A stretch of DNA of 64,000 bases from Eledone cirrhosa. Its lineage: Eukaryota. How positions within the stretch are numbered: position 1 is the stretch's first letter; every line of letters begins with the position of its first letter. The position numbers and the translations under genes are program-made. The notes below the pieces were generated by a model. That model was not told where the DNA came from and ran no database searches. It saw only the letters and a program-made list of their open reading frames with translations. Where the stretch lies: NCBI GenBank assembly GCA_964016885.1, contig OZ024740.1, positions 69,316,001 through 69,380,000 of the forward strand, given 5' to 3'. Below, one piece after another: positions 1 to 13,424 of this stretch.

Positions 1-40
1 CACATCTCACGGTGTAACACACTTCTCTTTGTGTAATATT

Positions 41-96
<56 letters not shown>

Positions 97-316
97 TAAT
101 GTAAGTATGTGTGTATACGTACATACATATATGTATACAGACTACAGTAGTATGTTTATATATACATACATGCACACATATATATATGCACGTATCGGTT
201 TACCGAACATTTATTATAATGCCCGGTTTGTTTGTTTGTAAAAAAACAATAGCCCGAATTACGCCGTACAGTGTTTAGGCAACCACGTCACCTTTTTGTT
301 GAACACTGACACAGGA

Positions 317-359
317 ACGATGTACTAGTTTCAAGCTTATTAGCTATCGTCAGCATCGT
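317..359 (-). ncRNA. Minimal type I hammerhead ribozyme motif
   Basis: Minus strand reads ACGATG-CTGACGA-TAGC-TAATAA-GCTT-GAAA-CTAG-TA-CATCGT: 6-bp stem I, intact core, palindromic CTAG stem III, GUA site. Confidence 0.85.
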
Positions 360-643
360 ATACCTTCCTTCCAGATGGTTAAACGTCTGAAAGTATATAC
401 TTTCCTTATGCATATTAACGGCTGAGCAGCCTAATTTGCATATCGAGTGAGATCAGTCGGCTGGGCGCACCGAAAACGATGAAAGGAATAGAATGAAACG
501 AAATTTCATTTCTCACTCTTAGTACGGCACTTACTTAAATGTAAGTATGTATGTATGTTATTAAACAAAAGACAAATTATTAACTAATCAAGAGAATTGT
601 CTACTAATTAAATTAATAATTAGTTAATTATTAAATCTAGGAG

Positions 644-813
<170 letters not shown>

Positions 814-1022
814 GGAACAAATGAAACGAAATTTCATTTCTCACTCTTAGTACGGCTGTTACTTAAATAGTGAGAAGTGAAATTTCGTTTCATTTTTCCG
901 TTTATCAATTTCGGTACCCCGGCCGATTAACTCACTCGATATGCAAATTAGGCTGCTCAGCCGTTAATATGCATAAGGAAAGTATATACTTTCAGACGTT
1001 CAATCATCTGGCGGGAAGGTAT

Positions 1023-1065
1023 ACGTTGCTGACGATAGCTAATATGCTTGAAACTAGTACAGCGT
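1023..1065 (+). ncRNA. Minimal type I hammerhead ribozyme motif (inverted partner of 317-359)
   Basis: ACGTTG-CTGACGA-TAGC-TAATAT-GCTT-GAAA-CTAG-TA-CAGCGT. Stem I is kept by paired changes (one G-U pair). Confidence 0.85.
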
Positions 1066-1087
1066 TACTTTTGTATATTTGTATATA

Positions 1088-1192
<105 letters not shown>

Positions 1193-1223
1193 AGTGTAAG
1201 TTTCTACACAAAACGAAGGTTAT

Positions 1224-1748
1224 AGAGAAAATTGAGGTTGGTAATGGCACATGGAATATATAAGAGACAGAATACTTTTTTGTGAAAAAACATATAATTT
1301 TATAAGGTAAGGAAATAATAAAGGGTATAAAAAATGACCGGTTTCGATGGGTCTGCAAAAGCCATCTTTTCAAATGTTGATTAATATTAAAAAATTAATA
1401 ATAAGAAGAGTTAAAATTTGAGATTTGAAAATTCAAGTATAAAATTCAGTGTGGGATTTCATAGTAGTTTTCATCTCGGTAGCAGCAAGTTGACTGCCGT
1501 GTGCCTTTCTTAAAGTGAATGAGGAGTTATTTGGGGGAGTGGGTTATTTTATAAAGGTCAGATTTAGCAATGGCCAGATGGCCAGCTGCTGGTCAGTGAG
1601 GGGGTGGAAGCAATATACATACATATATCTCCCTGTGGTCGGTAGGAGAGGGGAGAGTGATAGAAAGGCATTTAGTGCACTTACACCTATATATACACAC
1701 ATACCCTCATCCACACACACATGCATATACATATACATACATATACAC

Positions 1749-1847
<99 letters not shown>

Positions 1848-2085
1848 CACACGTACATACACACACACATACATATACATACACACATACACACAATTTT
1901 AACTCTTCTTATTATTAATTTTCTTAATATTAATCAACATTTGAAAAGATGGCTTTTGCAGACCCATCGAAACCGGTCATTTTTTATACCCTTTATTATT
2001 TCCTTACCTTGTAAAATTATATGTTTTTTCACAAAAAAGTATTCTGTCTCTTATATATTCCATGTGCCATTACCAACCTCAATTT

Positions 2086-2090
<5 letters not shown>
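1224..2090. mobile_element. Fold-back module with ~195-bp inverted arms (1224-1418 and 1895-2090), flanked by (TA)n
   Basis: Near-identical reverse-complement arms, each carrying a hammerhead-like motif. Confidence 0.7.
1936..1983 (+). ncRNA. Hammerhead motif, U3-A8 core variant (mirror copy on minus strand at 1331-1378)
   Basis: AACAT-TTGAAAA-GATGG-loop-CCATC-GAAA-CCGG-TC-ATTTT; stem I is imperfect. Confidence 0.65.
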
Positions 2091-2140
<50 letters not shown>

Positions 2141-2144
<4 letters not shown>

Positions 2145-2222
2145 AATTTATATCTAGTAACATTTATATACATACATGTATATAAATGTATGTATATAAA
2201 TGTTACTAGATATAAATTCTTT
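2141..2222. repeat. Near-perfect ~80-bp palindrome next to (TA)n
   Basis: AAAGAATTTATATCTAGTAACATTTATATACATACAT...ATGTATGTATATAAATGTTACTAGATATAAATTCTTT. Confidence 0.85.
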
Positions 2223-2490
2223 ATAATTATCTCCAATTCATTTGTCGAGCAATATTGCCCATGACTTCTGCTATAGTACTAGGCAGGCCGCTGTCTTATT
2301 AACAACTCGCTTTCCACTGATTGACCTCGATGTCACGTGATTGATTCTTTTTGAATTTGCCACAGACGTAGAGGCAGTGATTTTCTAAATGGCTAGGATT
2401 TCAGTCCACGCCTCGCTATTTCCTTTCCAATGAATTATTTTTTTAATAAGTTTCCAGAGTCCTCGCTATGCCTGGAAACTTACATGAAAA

Positions 2491-2580
2491 TATACTTTCC
2501 TGACGACGGAATGCTTTTACATATATTCTTCGGAAAATATATTTACTCCATTCCAGAAACTAATTAGTTGGAAGTGATAT
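2491..2580 (+). ncRNA. Type I hammerhead motif with extended stem II
   Basis: TACTTTC-CTGACGA-CGGAATG...CATTCCA-GAAA-CTAATTAG-TT-GGAAGTG; palindromic stem III. Confidence 0.75.
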
Positions 2581-2643
2581 TTTAGTAAGTAAGTCAATTT
2601 TATAATTTTTTTATAATTTTATAATTTCCTTATCTTACGTCTC

Positions 2644-2703
<60 letters not shown>

Positions 2704-2903
2704 TTAAGGATACTATCTATGGTTATGTATATACTAAAACCTTTTATAGTTATATATATTCTAAGCCCTAAACAGTGAAAGTTAGTAATTTATTACTACC
2801 TTATTACCAGTAAGATAAATAGCTCAATGTAATAACAACAGTTGTTCTACAAAGCAGTTGTATAGAAATTACATGAATCAAAGTTCTGTTCAAATCATTT
2901 ATT

Positions 2904-2950
2904 CGATTACAATTGTTTCTTCCAAACCGATCTTTGGAGTCTTCGGATTA
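2904..2950 (-). ncRNA. Hammerhead-like motif, U4C core variant, in a copy of the 3' terminal region of the Naiad-like PLE
   Basis: Minus strand CCGAAGA-CTCCAAA-GATCGG-TTTGGAA-GAAA-CAATTG-TA. Segment ~2720-2950 is homologous to ~7730-7950. Confidence 0.5.
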
Positions 2951-3446
2951 CGCCGTACAGTGTTTAGGCAACCTTTGTCTAACATTTTGAATGACCCGCC
3001 AAAAACCACGGTTTATTTCCCTTCCTGGAAATATCACGTGACAGCTAAAGATACGATACGCTGTAGCTTAGCGGCAATATTTAGTCTTTTTGCCTCGTCC
3101 CTGGTAGAACCAAAACCTGTTGATGAACTGAATCCTCTGTTCGATCATGAATACCACGAGCTTGCCAGTCACGTAAATCTGATATTTGATTTCGGATTCA
3201 TAGAAACACTTTAAACGTATAACGTTTAATTTGTCCAGGTGTAATTTTCTCAGCCTGTTAGTTCTTTCGTTACTTTGGTATTGTGTGTTAGATTTTGCCT
3301 ACCACAATGTTCGATTTGTCAAGCTATTTAAACGTATGTTATTACTCTAAGGACCTACCTTATCGAGTGCTTTGCTAACTCATTATTCCTTATAGTAGGC
3401 CGAATGTGCATGCAAACCGCCAGAGATACGATTTTACTAAGTATTC

Positions 3447-3624
<178 letters not shown>

Positions 3625-3718
3625 CGAAGGAAATGTGGTAAGAAACCAGGTGGACCATAACGCACCAAAGTACTCAATACTTAGGGTAGTAAACTGAGCT
3701 CAAGCCGATCGACGGCTA

Positions 3719-3762
<44 letters not shown>

Positions 3763-3766
<4 letters not shown>

Positions 3767-3870
3767 TGAGTGGTTAGAGAATTGGATTCACAATCTTGAG
3801 ATTGTGAGTTCGAATCCTGGACCTGGCGATGCATTATGTCATTGATCACGTTGCTCCGTCTACCTGGAGT
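3763..3870 (+). mobile_element. tRNA-derived SINE head
   Basis: A-box TGGCTGAGTGGTTAG and B-box GAGTTCGAATCC directly after (TA)n; the body resembles the SINE at 47845-48169. Confidence 0.7.
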
Positions 3871-3947
3871 TGCGACCGATAGATAGTACTAGCAACTGAA
3901 AAGACCGACGAAAACATTGTTTCCTCGGTCAAATTTGCCGAAGGTCA

Positions 3948-3989
<42 letters not shown>

Positions 3990-4058
3990 TATGAAGAGAG
4001 AAGAAACATTTAGATATAATTAGTAATAAAATGTATCATACCTAAACTGCTCCTAGAT

Positions 4059-4146
4059 TCCTCGACTACGTAGTTTCGTGGCATAAACAAAAACAATACA
4101 TCATAAAGATAGAGTCCTTGCGAGGTCTGCCAACTTATCAAGAGGA
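4059..4146 (-). ncRNA. Type I hammerhead motif, U3-A8 core variant
   Basis: Minus strand TCCTC-TTGATAA-GTTGGCA...TGCCAC-GAAA-CTACGTAG-TC-GAGGA: perfect 5-bp stem I, palindromic stem III, GUC site. Confidence 0.75.
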
Positions 4147-4629
4147 TACCTCATTTTACTAGCTTCAAGAACGCGTCTACACGACGTGAGAAAGAATCCC
4201 AAAAGGCGGAGGGGGAGATAGTCACGCGATATAACGGTCTAGAAACAGAGCTAAGCCTCTTATAACCCCGAAGAAAATACCACGGAGGCGGAGGGGGTAT
4301 TTATATCGAAGCCGTAGAAGAGGTGGTGAAGGAGACGAGAAGTATGAGTAATGGCAGCTTTCTAGCAGTCACCACACTTCAAAGATTACTCGACCAGAGG
4401 GAGTTATGAACAATATATTTAGAAACACACAGATACATGCGGACACACACATATACATGAATGCATCCACACCCAACCGTGAGTTAATGGTGCCAACCTT
4501 ACCGATGTTGCTCAATGAATGACTGGGACAGACCAATCCGGTTGAATTAGACTAAACCAGTATCAGAGTTAAAAATGTATAGATATAAGTGCGTGTATGC
4601 ATGTATGTATCTATGTATGTATGTATGTG

Positions 4630-4970
4630 ATGTTGGGTCACCCTTGAGTGCTACTGATAACAAGTAACCCAGTACAACCTGTCGCATGGTCGGGTCGTCG
4701 GCGACTAAACCGGCAACCCCATCACGTTTACTTGGTGAGGAGGGTGATTTAGGACACCCTGTAGGACAAAAATCAAAACCTGACAAATGGCGAAGAACCC
4801 ATAAGAGTCAACGGCAATACAAAAGTGTGTAAATATGTATATACACATGTACCGCGCGGATAAACCACTGGGAGTGAAGGACACCTAGCCTTTGTCAGGG
4901 TATTGTTCTAGAAGGCATCTCAGGAAACTGGGATAACTCCGATATAAAAACTGCGGTTCAGTAGTTACCG
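4630..4970 (+). repeat. Unclassified GC-richer interspersed repeat (second copy at ~57625-57990)
   Basis: Shared GAGTGCTACTG..AACCCAGTA..GGTCGGGTCGTCGG.GACTAAA..GCAACCCCATCA..TTGGTGAGGAGGGTGAT..GGACACCCTG and CTGGGAGTGAA. Confidence 0.7.
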
Positions 4971-5117
4971 ATGATGTTGATTTTTTCATCTTTTCGTGTT
5001 ATAGCTACTGTCGCTCAGAGAGTGGGATTGGCTCAGTGCACAGTCTTTCCTCACTTTAAAATAATATCTTCCCGCACAGGCATCATGTATGTATGTGTAT
5101 ATATATATATATATACA

Positions 5118-5227
<110 letters not shown>

Positions 5228-5561
5228 AAAGTAAGTCCATAGAATCATTTGATAAAATATATACAGTATTTCTCCTCCCAATCAGCATAATCAACCACAT
5301 AAAAAGTCAATTAAACGAGGCTATAAGATTAAAATGTATCTATGAAGAAACAATATATAAATAAATGATAGCTATTTTATCCGCGATCAACAGCCACAGA
5401 AGATTTACCTAGTATTTCTAATAGCCTGTAGAAATTGATTAGACATATAGCCAACCATACACAATTAGGTACAAAATCAAAGTTAGAAAAGAAAATGTAC
5501 ATAAACATACCAAAATTATGTTATATATATATATGGGGCGTCTGTGCCTTGTGTATATATA

Positions 5562-5605
<44 letters not shown>

Positions 5606-6139
5606 CGTGCGTGTCAAATGAAAATTACCTCTAATGAACTAGATTGTACACAGCGTTTAGAAGATAAACAGTAGGAGCGTTGTCTAGATTGAAATTCTGA
5701 AAAGATGTAGGAATCTCTAACGGAGAAAATAACTGTAACCATAGGTGATTACTATAAATAATAGCTTCGGAAATCGGGTAACATGTGCTCACTTAGACGG
5801 AGGTCTTTGTTAGAATCGTTTGCAAGTCAGCTGGAATTAGAAGGGGGTGGAATTCGATGCTTCTTAGCCGCGGATGCAGGCCACCTTTTTTGGTCTCTTG
5901 GGTTATTTTACCCGGTTTTCTAAGCTACTGTACATAGTAGAGTATAGTATTATAAAGTAAAATGAGAGGAAGGCAAATATGTTGAATTTCCTTAATTATT
6001 TATTTCTGCAAACACTATGCACATTTCAGTGGCCAGGTGGCGTAAGAACTCGGTGACATCTTCAGGTGTAAATTGCGTAATGGATGTATACCAACGAAAT
6101 GATGGTAAATTTTAAGGAAACAGTCAAAGAAAAAACAGA

Positions 6140-6630
6140 GGAATGTTTACATTTTTGACCTAGAGGCGAACGAAGCAACATTTTGTTATAATGCCTCGTC
6201 GACAATTTATGTACATAGTGTAGATGCTCCCCTGGTTTGTAATAGTGGTGGTATAAACCAGTGTCCATTTCTAAAGTCACGTCTAGAAACTTTACAATCT
6301 TATAATTCAAGTAGACAATAATACTAAGGCACTTTTGAAGAATCTACAAAGAAGTCTTTTCATGCCTTCTGGCCTACACTGATTAAAATTCTTAAGAATC
6401 AAAATGTCAACATCTCTATATAATCCAGCTTGTAGGCCTGGATGTCTTGTTGAATTCATACAATCAGGATTGCCATCTAGAATATGTGCTAAGTCGCTAG
6501 ACTTCAGCGTTACATCGATGTTATAAGGGCGGTCAGTTCTAGTCCAAGATGAGCCCTCAAAGTCAACAATTGTACGCCTAGGAGCAATAACTATATCTAT
6601 TTCATTTTACTAAGATCAGAGCTATATTTA
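6140..6630 (-). pseudogene. Decayed Naiad-like PLE reverse transcriptase fragment
   Basis: Translates to IVDFEGSSWTRTDRPYNIDVTLKS, AGLYRDVD (a degenerate YRDD motif) and KFLDVTLEMDTGLYHHYYKPGEHLHYVHKLS. Confidence 0.75.
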
Positions 6631-6663
6631 AATATATAGGATATAAAGTGTTTGTGTTTGCGT

Positions 6664-6706
<43 letters not shown>

Positions 6707-6999
6707 AAAGTATGTCCATAGAATCATTTGATAGGATATATACATCATCTCCTCTCTCAATCAGCATAATCAACCACACAAAAACCAATTAAACCAGGCT
6801 ATAAGATTAAAAGGCACCTATGAAGAAATAATAGATGAATAAACGACAGCCATCTATTCGCGATCAACAACTATAGAATATTTACCCAGAATTTCAATAG
6901 CACGTGGAAATGTAATCGATTAAAAATATCGTCAACCATACACAATTAGGTATAAAATTAAGTTAGAAGAAAAAATGCATATAAACATACCAAGATTAC

Positions 7000-7081
7000 G
7001 TTTCTACCCCTTGGGATTTCATTCGCTTTTGGAAATATCCGATCAAGGTTGAATTCACGAGCTTCGAAATCATCAGGAAAC
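7000..7081 (-). ncRNA. Type I hammerhead ribozyme motif
   Basis: Minus strand GTTTC-CTGATGA-TTTCG...CGAAT-GAAA-TCCC-AA-GGGG-TA-GAAAC: perfect stem I, true stem III, GUA site. Confidence 0.8.
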
Positions 7082-7383
7082 AAACTCACTTGGACGAAGA
7101 TTTTTCTTAAATGATCCCCGCCAGAAACGAATTCAAAATGGCTAAGAACTGTGACGTGGCAGTGGTCAAGTCAGAAAGAATATGATTAGTGCCTTACAGC
7201 GAGTGGGCTGGTTGCTAGAAAGTGCAGCCCAACATTGCCTAAATTGCATCTCAACCTTATGGGAGATTATCAAATATAAAGATTTACATATACACAAATT
7301 ATACAAAACATATATATATATATATGTTTTTGGCAACCATTTACGATGTGACTCAATGAAGAATTAATTAATTAAATAATCAG

Positions 7384-7427
<44 letters not shown>

Positions 7428-7901
7428 TATATGTATATGTATATATATCGTGAATTAGAAACTCAGAGTAGTCGCTTTTTTAATTTAATATTTTAAATTT
7501 AAAATTAATTCTGACAAACCATATTGCTGTAGTTAGTATTTTTTCACCCTAGCAAACTTGGTCCTTACGATTCGAACACATGTATGTTTATATTAGTGTT
7601 CATATCTCTAGTTTATTCAATTATATATGTATATATATATATGTTTACGCACACACACACACCACACATACACACACACGCCCCCACCCATATATATATA
7701 TATGCATATATGTATATATAACAATAATACTATTTATAGTTATGTATATAGTATAAACAACTATAAACAGGAAGGTCAGTAAATTCCTATTACCTTATTA
7801 CCAGTAAGAGAAATAGCTCAATGTAAGAACATCAGTTGTTTTACAGAGCAGGAAAATAAATAAATTATACAATTATCAATGTTGTGTTCAAATCATTTCA
7901 T

Positions 7902-7948
7902 AGCTCACAATCGTTTCTTCCAAACTCTCGTTTGGAATCATCGGAGCA
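7902..7948 (-). ncRNA. Hammerhead-like motif, U4C variant, near the 3' end of the Naiad-like PLE
   Basis: Minus strand GCT-CCGATGA-TTCCAAAC-GAGA-GTTTGGAA-GAAA-CGATTG-TG-AGC. Perfect 8-bp stem II; the cleavage triplet looks mutated. Confidence 0.55.
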
Positions 7949-9302
7949 TTATCAATGTTTGCACATATAATTAACCTCCTAATCAACTGAACAATAATAT
8001 AGATACATATATATTGATGTTGTGAGCAACAGTTTTGTATTTACATGGTGCAATGGATGTGACATATATTTTAGGAAAATTGTACAATAATTGTACAAAC
8101 ATTCAAGTTCAAAATCAAAAGCACGGAGTGGTTTACATGCAGCAGATAAAACAAGAGAATAATCCAATCATTAAAGAGGCATTGAGAAAGTAGTTTTGAG
8201 AAAGGAAGAGTACATTAACAATTCATATGCAGGCGTGTGGGGGTGCAACTGAGTTAGTCATATACATGAGAAGGAGACAAGCAAAGATATTATGTACATA
8301 TAGATGAATTAAATACTGCACTTTAAGTAAATATGTTAATGTATTAGAATCTATGGTGGATGCTGTATGCTGATAGTGTTCGAATTTGTGTGTGTTGAGA
8401 AACATACAGTTTTTGTAGACTTTTCCATGACATGTGTTGAATTAAATTTTAGTTAATGTTTATATTGAATGTTTTAAGTTAGTAGAGCAATGGAGTATAA
8501 ATTAGTCTTAATGTATTCATATTCATAGACTATATTTGATTAACCGGTAAATTTTCCAATCGTTAATTTCCGGAATTGAATAAGGGGAGCTAATGTGAAA
8601 CGGGAGGTAACTAGCTAATTAAGTTCAATTCAGTTATTAAAATTCTTTGTTCTAATACAGATTATAATGTGATACCACTGAATCTCTATTACATAACGCT
8701 GTACATTTATACCTGATTTTAAATACAGTGTATTTTGCTATCATGCATTAAAGGTCTCTTTAGATTGTTATCTATTCATTACTGGACAAGTTATATGGTA
8801 TGAAGAATTGTATAGCTGTTTATATGTCAAAATATATATGTCATCTGTGTAATAATATACATTATTGTTTTGAAAGTTAGTCCCTAATATACAATGCTAT
8901 ATATTTTATATTTAATTATAAATGTATATATAATTTATTATTATTATGTTGTGTTAGATCCCTTATATACATGTTATAAATTTAAATATTTAATTGTATA
9001 ATTATCAATGCATATATAGATTATTATCACATATTACATTAAATGTCTCTACATACTAAGTACCAAATATCCATTACTGTATATAATATAATTATAATTA
9101 TAATTAATCTATTGTAGTTATATCACAAGGTGGTAACTCTATGTTTAATTCTAACTGTTATTGCAAGAGCATAAGGTTAGAGATGACTAGGAGTTGTGTA
9201 GAGGAAAGAGTTGGTCGAAGAGTTTGTGGTTGTGGGTGCTGCTAAGTCCTAGATCTGCAGTCTGTATGGTGGTGGGGAATTCAAATCTGAGATTGTTGTT
9301 TA

Positions 9303-10735
9303 CTAACAGCTAGGTATAAAGTTATGGAACGAGTGCCGGTGTTGGCACGAGGAAAATGTCTCTGACTTTCTATTAAGGAGGTCTACTTTCGAAAAGATTA
9401 TAGTATGGGTCTCGAGAAGACAGAGATTACACAATTTATTCGGTGGTTTATACGATGAGGCCCTACCTACTACTTCCCACTGCAGTGTAAATGGTATATT
9501 ACTAGTTTTCAGAGAGTGTACGTAGCTAGATAAAGAAGTGGAGCTGGCTAGATTGTGTTTTTTGAAAGAGTTGAGGTGCGAGTTGTAACTCGTCTTGAAG
9601 CTGTTCGAAGTAAAGCCTATATATGTTTTAGAAGAGTTGTTTGCGTTGACGGTGCATGAGTAGATGATGTCTTTGGTTAAGCAATTATTACATAAAGGGG
9701 CAAGTTCTATTAGTTCTATAGTTACATTTATTCTGGGTGTTAGCTTGCCGGTTCCTATGTTGTGAATCATTCTGGTTGCTAGGGATAGCACTAGGGTAAT
9801 GATGTCTATCATTCGCATTGTTATTGATTTCATTAGTGCTATTATCTTTATTAAAATTATCACTACTATTGTTTACAGTTACTAAGTTTACCCCCTGTTG
9901 TGTTTTAATTAGTTGGAAATAATTATTAATCTTCCTTTTATTACTACTAGCTATATGATATGCTATGTTAGGTGTGGTGGGGTACGATATTTTAATTGTA
10001 TTTTTATTGATAAGGTTATGGTACTTGTGGCCGGTCGGAAAGTTTTTTCTAAGATTTAGAAGAACGCTTTAGCCAAGTTGGTAGAGACGTTTAGATTGAA
10101 AGGGGGATTGAAGAATGTATTGTCTCTCCTTCTATTTTTGTTTATAGTATTGTTTTTTTAGGTATTTATATCCCTGTTTATATTATTATTGTGGTGTTTA
10201 CTTTGGGGCGAGTTAATTTTGGTATTAATTTCGTCCTAGAGTTATAGTGGCTAGTGTTTTTACTATTTTTCCTCATGGTCATATTATGAGAAATAATGTT
10301 GTAACTATGTGATTTTATAGGTAGGAATTCAATCTCATTCTTATCTCCTAATTTATGCCCTAATTATAGTATTGGGAATTATTGTTAAATATGGTTTCAT
10401 TATATGATAGTTTAGAGATTCTATTAGATATTCCTTTAGTAAAAGAGTTTAATATGGATTTAGGGTGGTTAGAGTTGGTGTTCACATAAATTAGTTTTTC
10501 GTTAGGTTTATGATAGGGTGGTATATTTTAGAGTCTAGGCTTAGGGTAGCATCAAGGAAGTTGACGTTTTTAGTGTTTTTATCTGAGGTGATACTTAAGT
10601 TGAAGTTTTTGAAAATTTTCTGTAACTGTTTCCTAGTTTTTTCTATATTACATTTTTTATAGTCTATAAGAAGAAGCGCATCATTGCGGTATAAACCACC
10701 GTTGAAGTAGGGTAGGTCGTCACCGATTTGGTTGG
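9303..10735 (-). pseudogene. PLE RT C-terminal half plus GIY-YIG endonuclease (Naiad-like), frameshifted
   Basis: GGLYRNDALL, VNFLDATLSL, KPNEKLIYVNTNSNHP, FFNPPF, IIYSCTV...YIGFTSNSFK..YNSH, CNLCLLE, LLNRKSE..SSCQH. Confidence 0.85.
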
Positions 10736-10815
10736 CCTGTATCTACTTAATGACATTTATAAGAACCTACACTATAAAATCACATAGTTAGAACATTATT
10801 TCTCATAAAATTGCT

Positions 10816-11795
10816 ATGAGGATAAATAGTAAAAACACAAGCCACTATAACACTAGGCCGATGATTAATACCAAACTTAACCCGCACCAAAGTAAACACC
10901 ACAAAAATAATATAAACAGGAATATAAATACCTCAAAAAACAATACTATAAACAAAAAAAATAGGAGAACTAATACATTCTTCAATCCCCCTTTCAATCT
11001 AAACGTCTCTACCAACTTGCCTAAGGCTTTCTTCTCAATTTTAGAAAACAAATTCCCGACCGGCCACAAGTACCATAACCTTTTCAATAAAAATACAATT
11101 AAAATATCGTACTCCACCACACCTAACATAGCATACCATATAGCTAGTAGTAATAAAAGGAAGATTAATAATTATTTCCAACTAATTAAAATACAACAGG
11201 AGGTAAACTTAATGCCTGTAAACAATAGTAGCAATAATAATAAGAATGATAATAGCACTAATGAAATCAATAACAATACGAATGATAGACATCATTACCC
11301 TAGTGCTATCTCTAGCAACCAGAATGATTCACAACATAGGAACCGGCAAGCTAACACCCAGAATAAATGTAACTGTAGAACTAATAGAACTTGCCCCTTA
11401 AGTAATAATTGCTTAACCAAAGACATCATCTACTCATGCACCGTCAACGCAAACAACTCTTCTAAAATATATATAGGCTCTACTTCGAACAGCTTCAAGA
11501 CGAGATACAACTCACACCTCCACTCCTTAAAAAAACACAATCTAACCAGCTCCACTTCTTTATCAAGCTACGTACACTCTCTGAAAACTAGAAATAGACA
11601 ATTTACACTGCAGTGGGAAGTAGTAGGAGGGCCTCATCGTATAAACCTCCGAATCAATTGTGTAATCTCTGCCTTCTGGAGACCCATACTATAATCTTTT
11701 CGAAAGTAGACCTCTTTAATAGAAAGTCAGAGACATTTTCTTCGTGCCAACACCGGCACCGGCACTCGTTCCATAACTTTAAACCTAGCTGTTAG
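10816..11795 (+). pseudogene. Inverted copy of the PLE linker plus GIY-YIG endonuclease; one frameshift near 11625
   Basis: ORFs 10816-11694 and 11613-11795: FFNPPFNLNVSTNL, CNCR..CPL..CL, IIYSCTV..YIGSTSNSFKTRYNSH, CNLCLLE. Confidence 0.85.
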
Positions 11796-12669
11796 TATAC
11801 AACAATATCAGATTTGAATTCCCCACCACCATTCACACTACACATCTAGGACTTAGCAGCACCCACAACCACAAACTCTTCGACCAACTCTTTCTTCTAC
11901 ACAACTCCTAGTCATCTCTAACCTTATGCTCTGCAATAACAGTTAGAATTAAACATAGAGTTACCACCTTGTGATATAACTACAATAGATTAATTATAAT
12001 TATAATTATATTATTACAGTAATGGATATTTGGTACATAGTATGTAGAGACATTTAATTAATATGTGATAATAAACTATATATGCATTTATAATTATATA
12101 ATTAAATGCTTAAATTAATAACATGTATATAAATGATCTAACTTTTACACAACATAATAATAATAAATTATATATACATTTATAATTAAATATAAAATGT
12201 AATAGCATTGTATATTAGGGATTATCTTTCAAAACAATAATGTATATTATTACACATATGACATATCTATTTTGACATATTAACAGCTATACAATTCTTC
12301 ATAACATATACCTTGTCCAGTAATTAATAGATAACAATCTAAAGAGACCTTTAATGTATGATATTAAAATACATTGTATTTAAAATCAGGTATAAATATA
12401 CAGCGTTATGTAATAGAGATTCAGTGGTATCACATTATAATGGGTATTAGAACAAATAATTTTTATACCTGAATTGAAATTAATTAGCTAATTACTTTCC
12501 CTTACGCATTAGATCCCCTTATTCAATTCCGAAAATTAACGATTGGAAAATTTACCGGTTATTCAAATATAGTCTATGAATATGAATACAGTTTTAATAT
12601 GAATATAAATACAGTGTAGATATTAAAAGTAAAACGAAATTCAATCTAAAATGAAATTCAAACTAAAAA

Positions 12670-13150
12670 GAAATCCAAACGAACTGACGCGAAAGCTGAT
12701 GTGCTTATTCATGTGACTGCATCAACCAACCAAACTTCAATCATATATGAAAAAACAACCTGCCATATTCACTGAACCAGAACAATTCCCCCCATCCCAT
12801 TTCTCTTGACCATTAAATTTTGTTTGTCCTAAAATTCTCTAAAAGGCTACAAAATAAAATCCCAAATACGGGCTCGAAATATAATGAACTTGTTCACGTG
12901 ACAACCATAATTTCATTTATAACCATTCATATTACATTTATTTAAAAAACGCCTTCGTGAGCCCCTTTTTTAAGTAAATGAAATTCAAACAAACTGGCGC
13001 GAAAGCTAATGTGCTTATTCACGTGACTGCATCAACCAACCAAATTTCACTCATATATGAAAAAACAACCTGAGCCCCCTCCCCCTTGTTTGAAGAACTT
13101 TGTAACGCGAACTGGCGCGAAATTTGTTATACTTATTGACCAACCAATCA
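12670..13150 (+). repeat. Dispersed direct repeats of a ~90-bp unit (12670-12762, 12978-13072, partial at 13105-13150)
   Basis: Recurrent AACTG.CGCGAAAGCT.ATGTGCTTATTCA.GTGACTGCATCAACCAACCAAA. Confidence 0.75.
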
Positions 13151-13225
13151 AATTACTTCTCTCAAAACCTGGCGTTTCAAGCCACTTTTTTCCATATAAA
13201 ACAAGTAACATTCAAAGACCAACTC

Positions 13226-13265
13226 TACTTTTGAAAAGCAGAAGAACTGCGAAACCGGTAAAGGA
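13226..13265 (+). ncRNA. Minimal hammerhead motif, U3-A8 core variant
   Basis: CTT-TTGAAAA-GCAG-AAGAA-CTGC-GAAA-CCGG-TA-AAG. Confidence 0.7.
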
Positions 13266-13424
13266 ACCAAATAAATATATATATATATTTTTAAATAAGA
13301 CTGCATTTGCATTTTCGATTTCATTATTTTTTATTCTTTACACATTCACTAGTGTAGGACACCTCTGTTATTTTTCATTTTGTAAAAAACCCTCACTTTC
13401 TAATATATATATATATATATGTAT

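Larger units (their letters stand above)
7745..12590 (-). mobile_element. Naiad-like Penelope-like retroelement, 5'-truncated, with a ~1.8-kb inverted duplication
   Basis: Minus-strand RT to GIY-YIG coding region at 10735-9303, then a long AT-rich 3' region ending near a hammerhead-like motif. Arms 8512-10325 and ~10764-12590 are reverse complements. Confidence 0.85.

Noticed and set aside
3763-3825. Possible tRNA gene
   Set aside because: A and B boxes are present but there is no acceptor stem, and the sequence continues into a SINE body.
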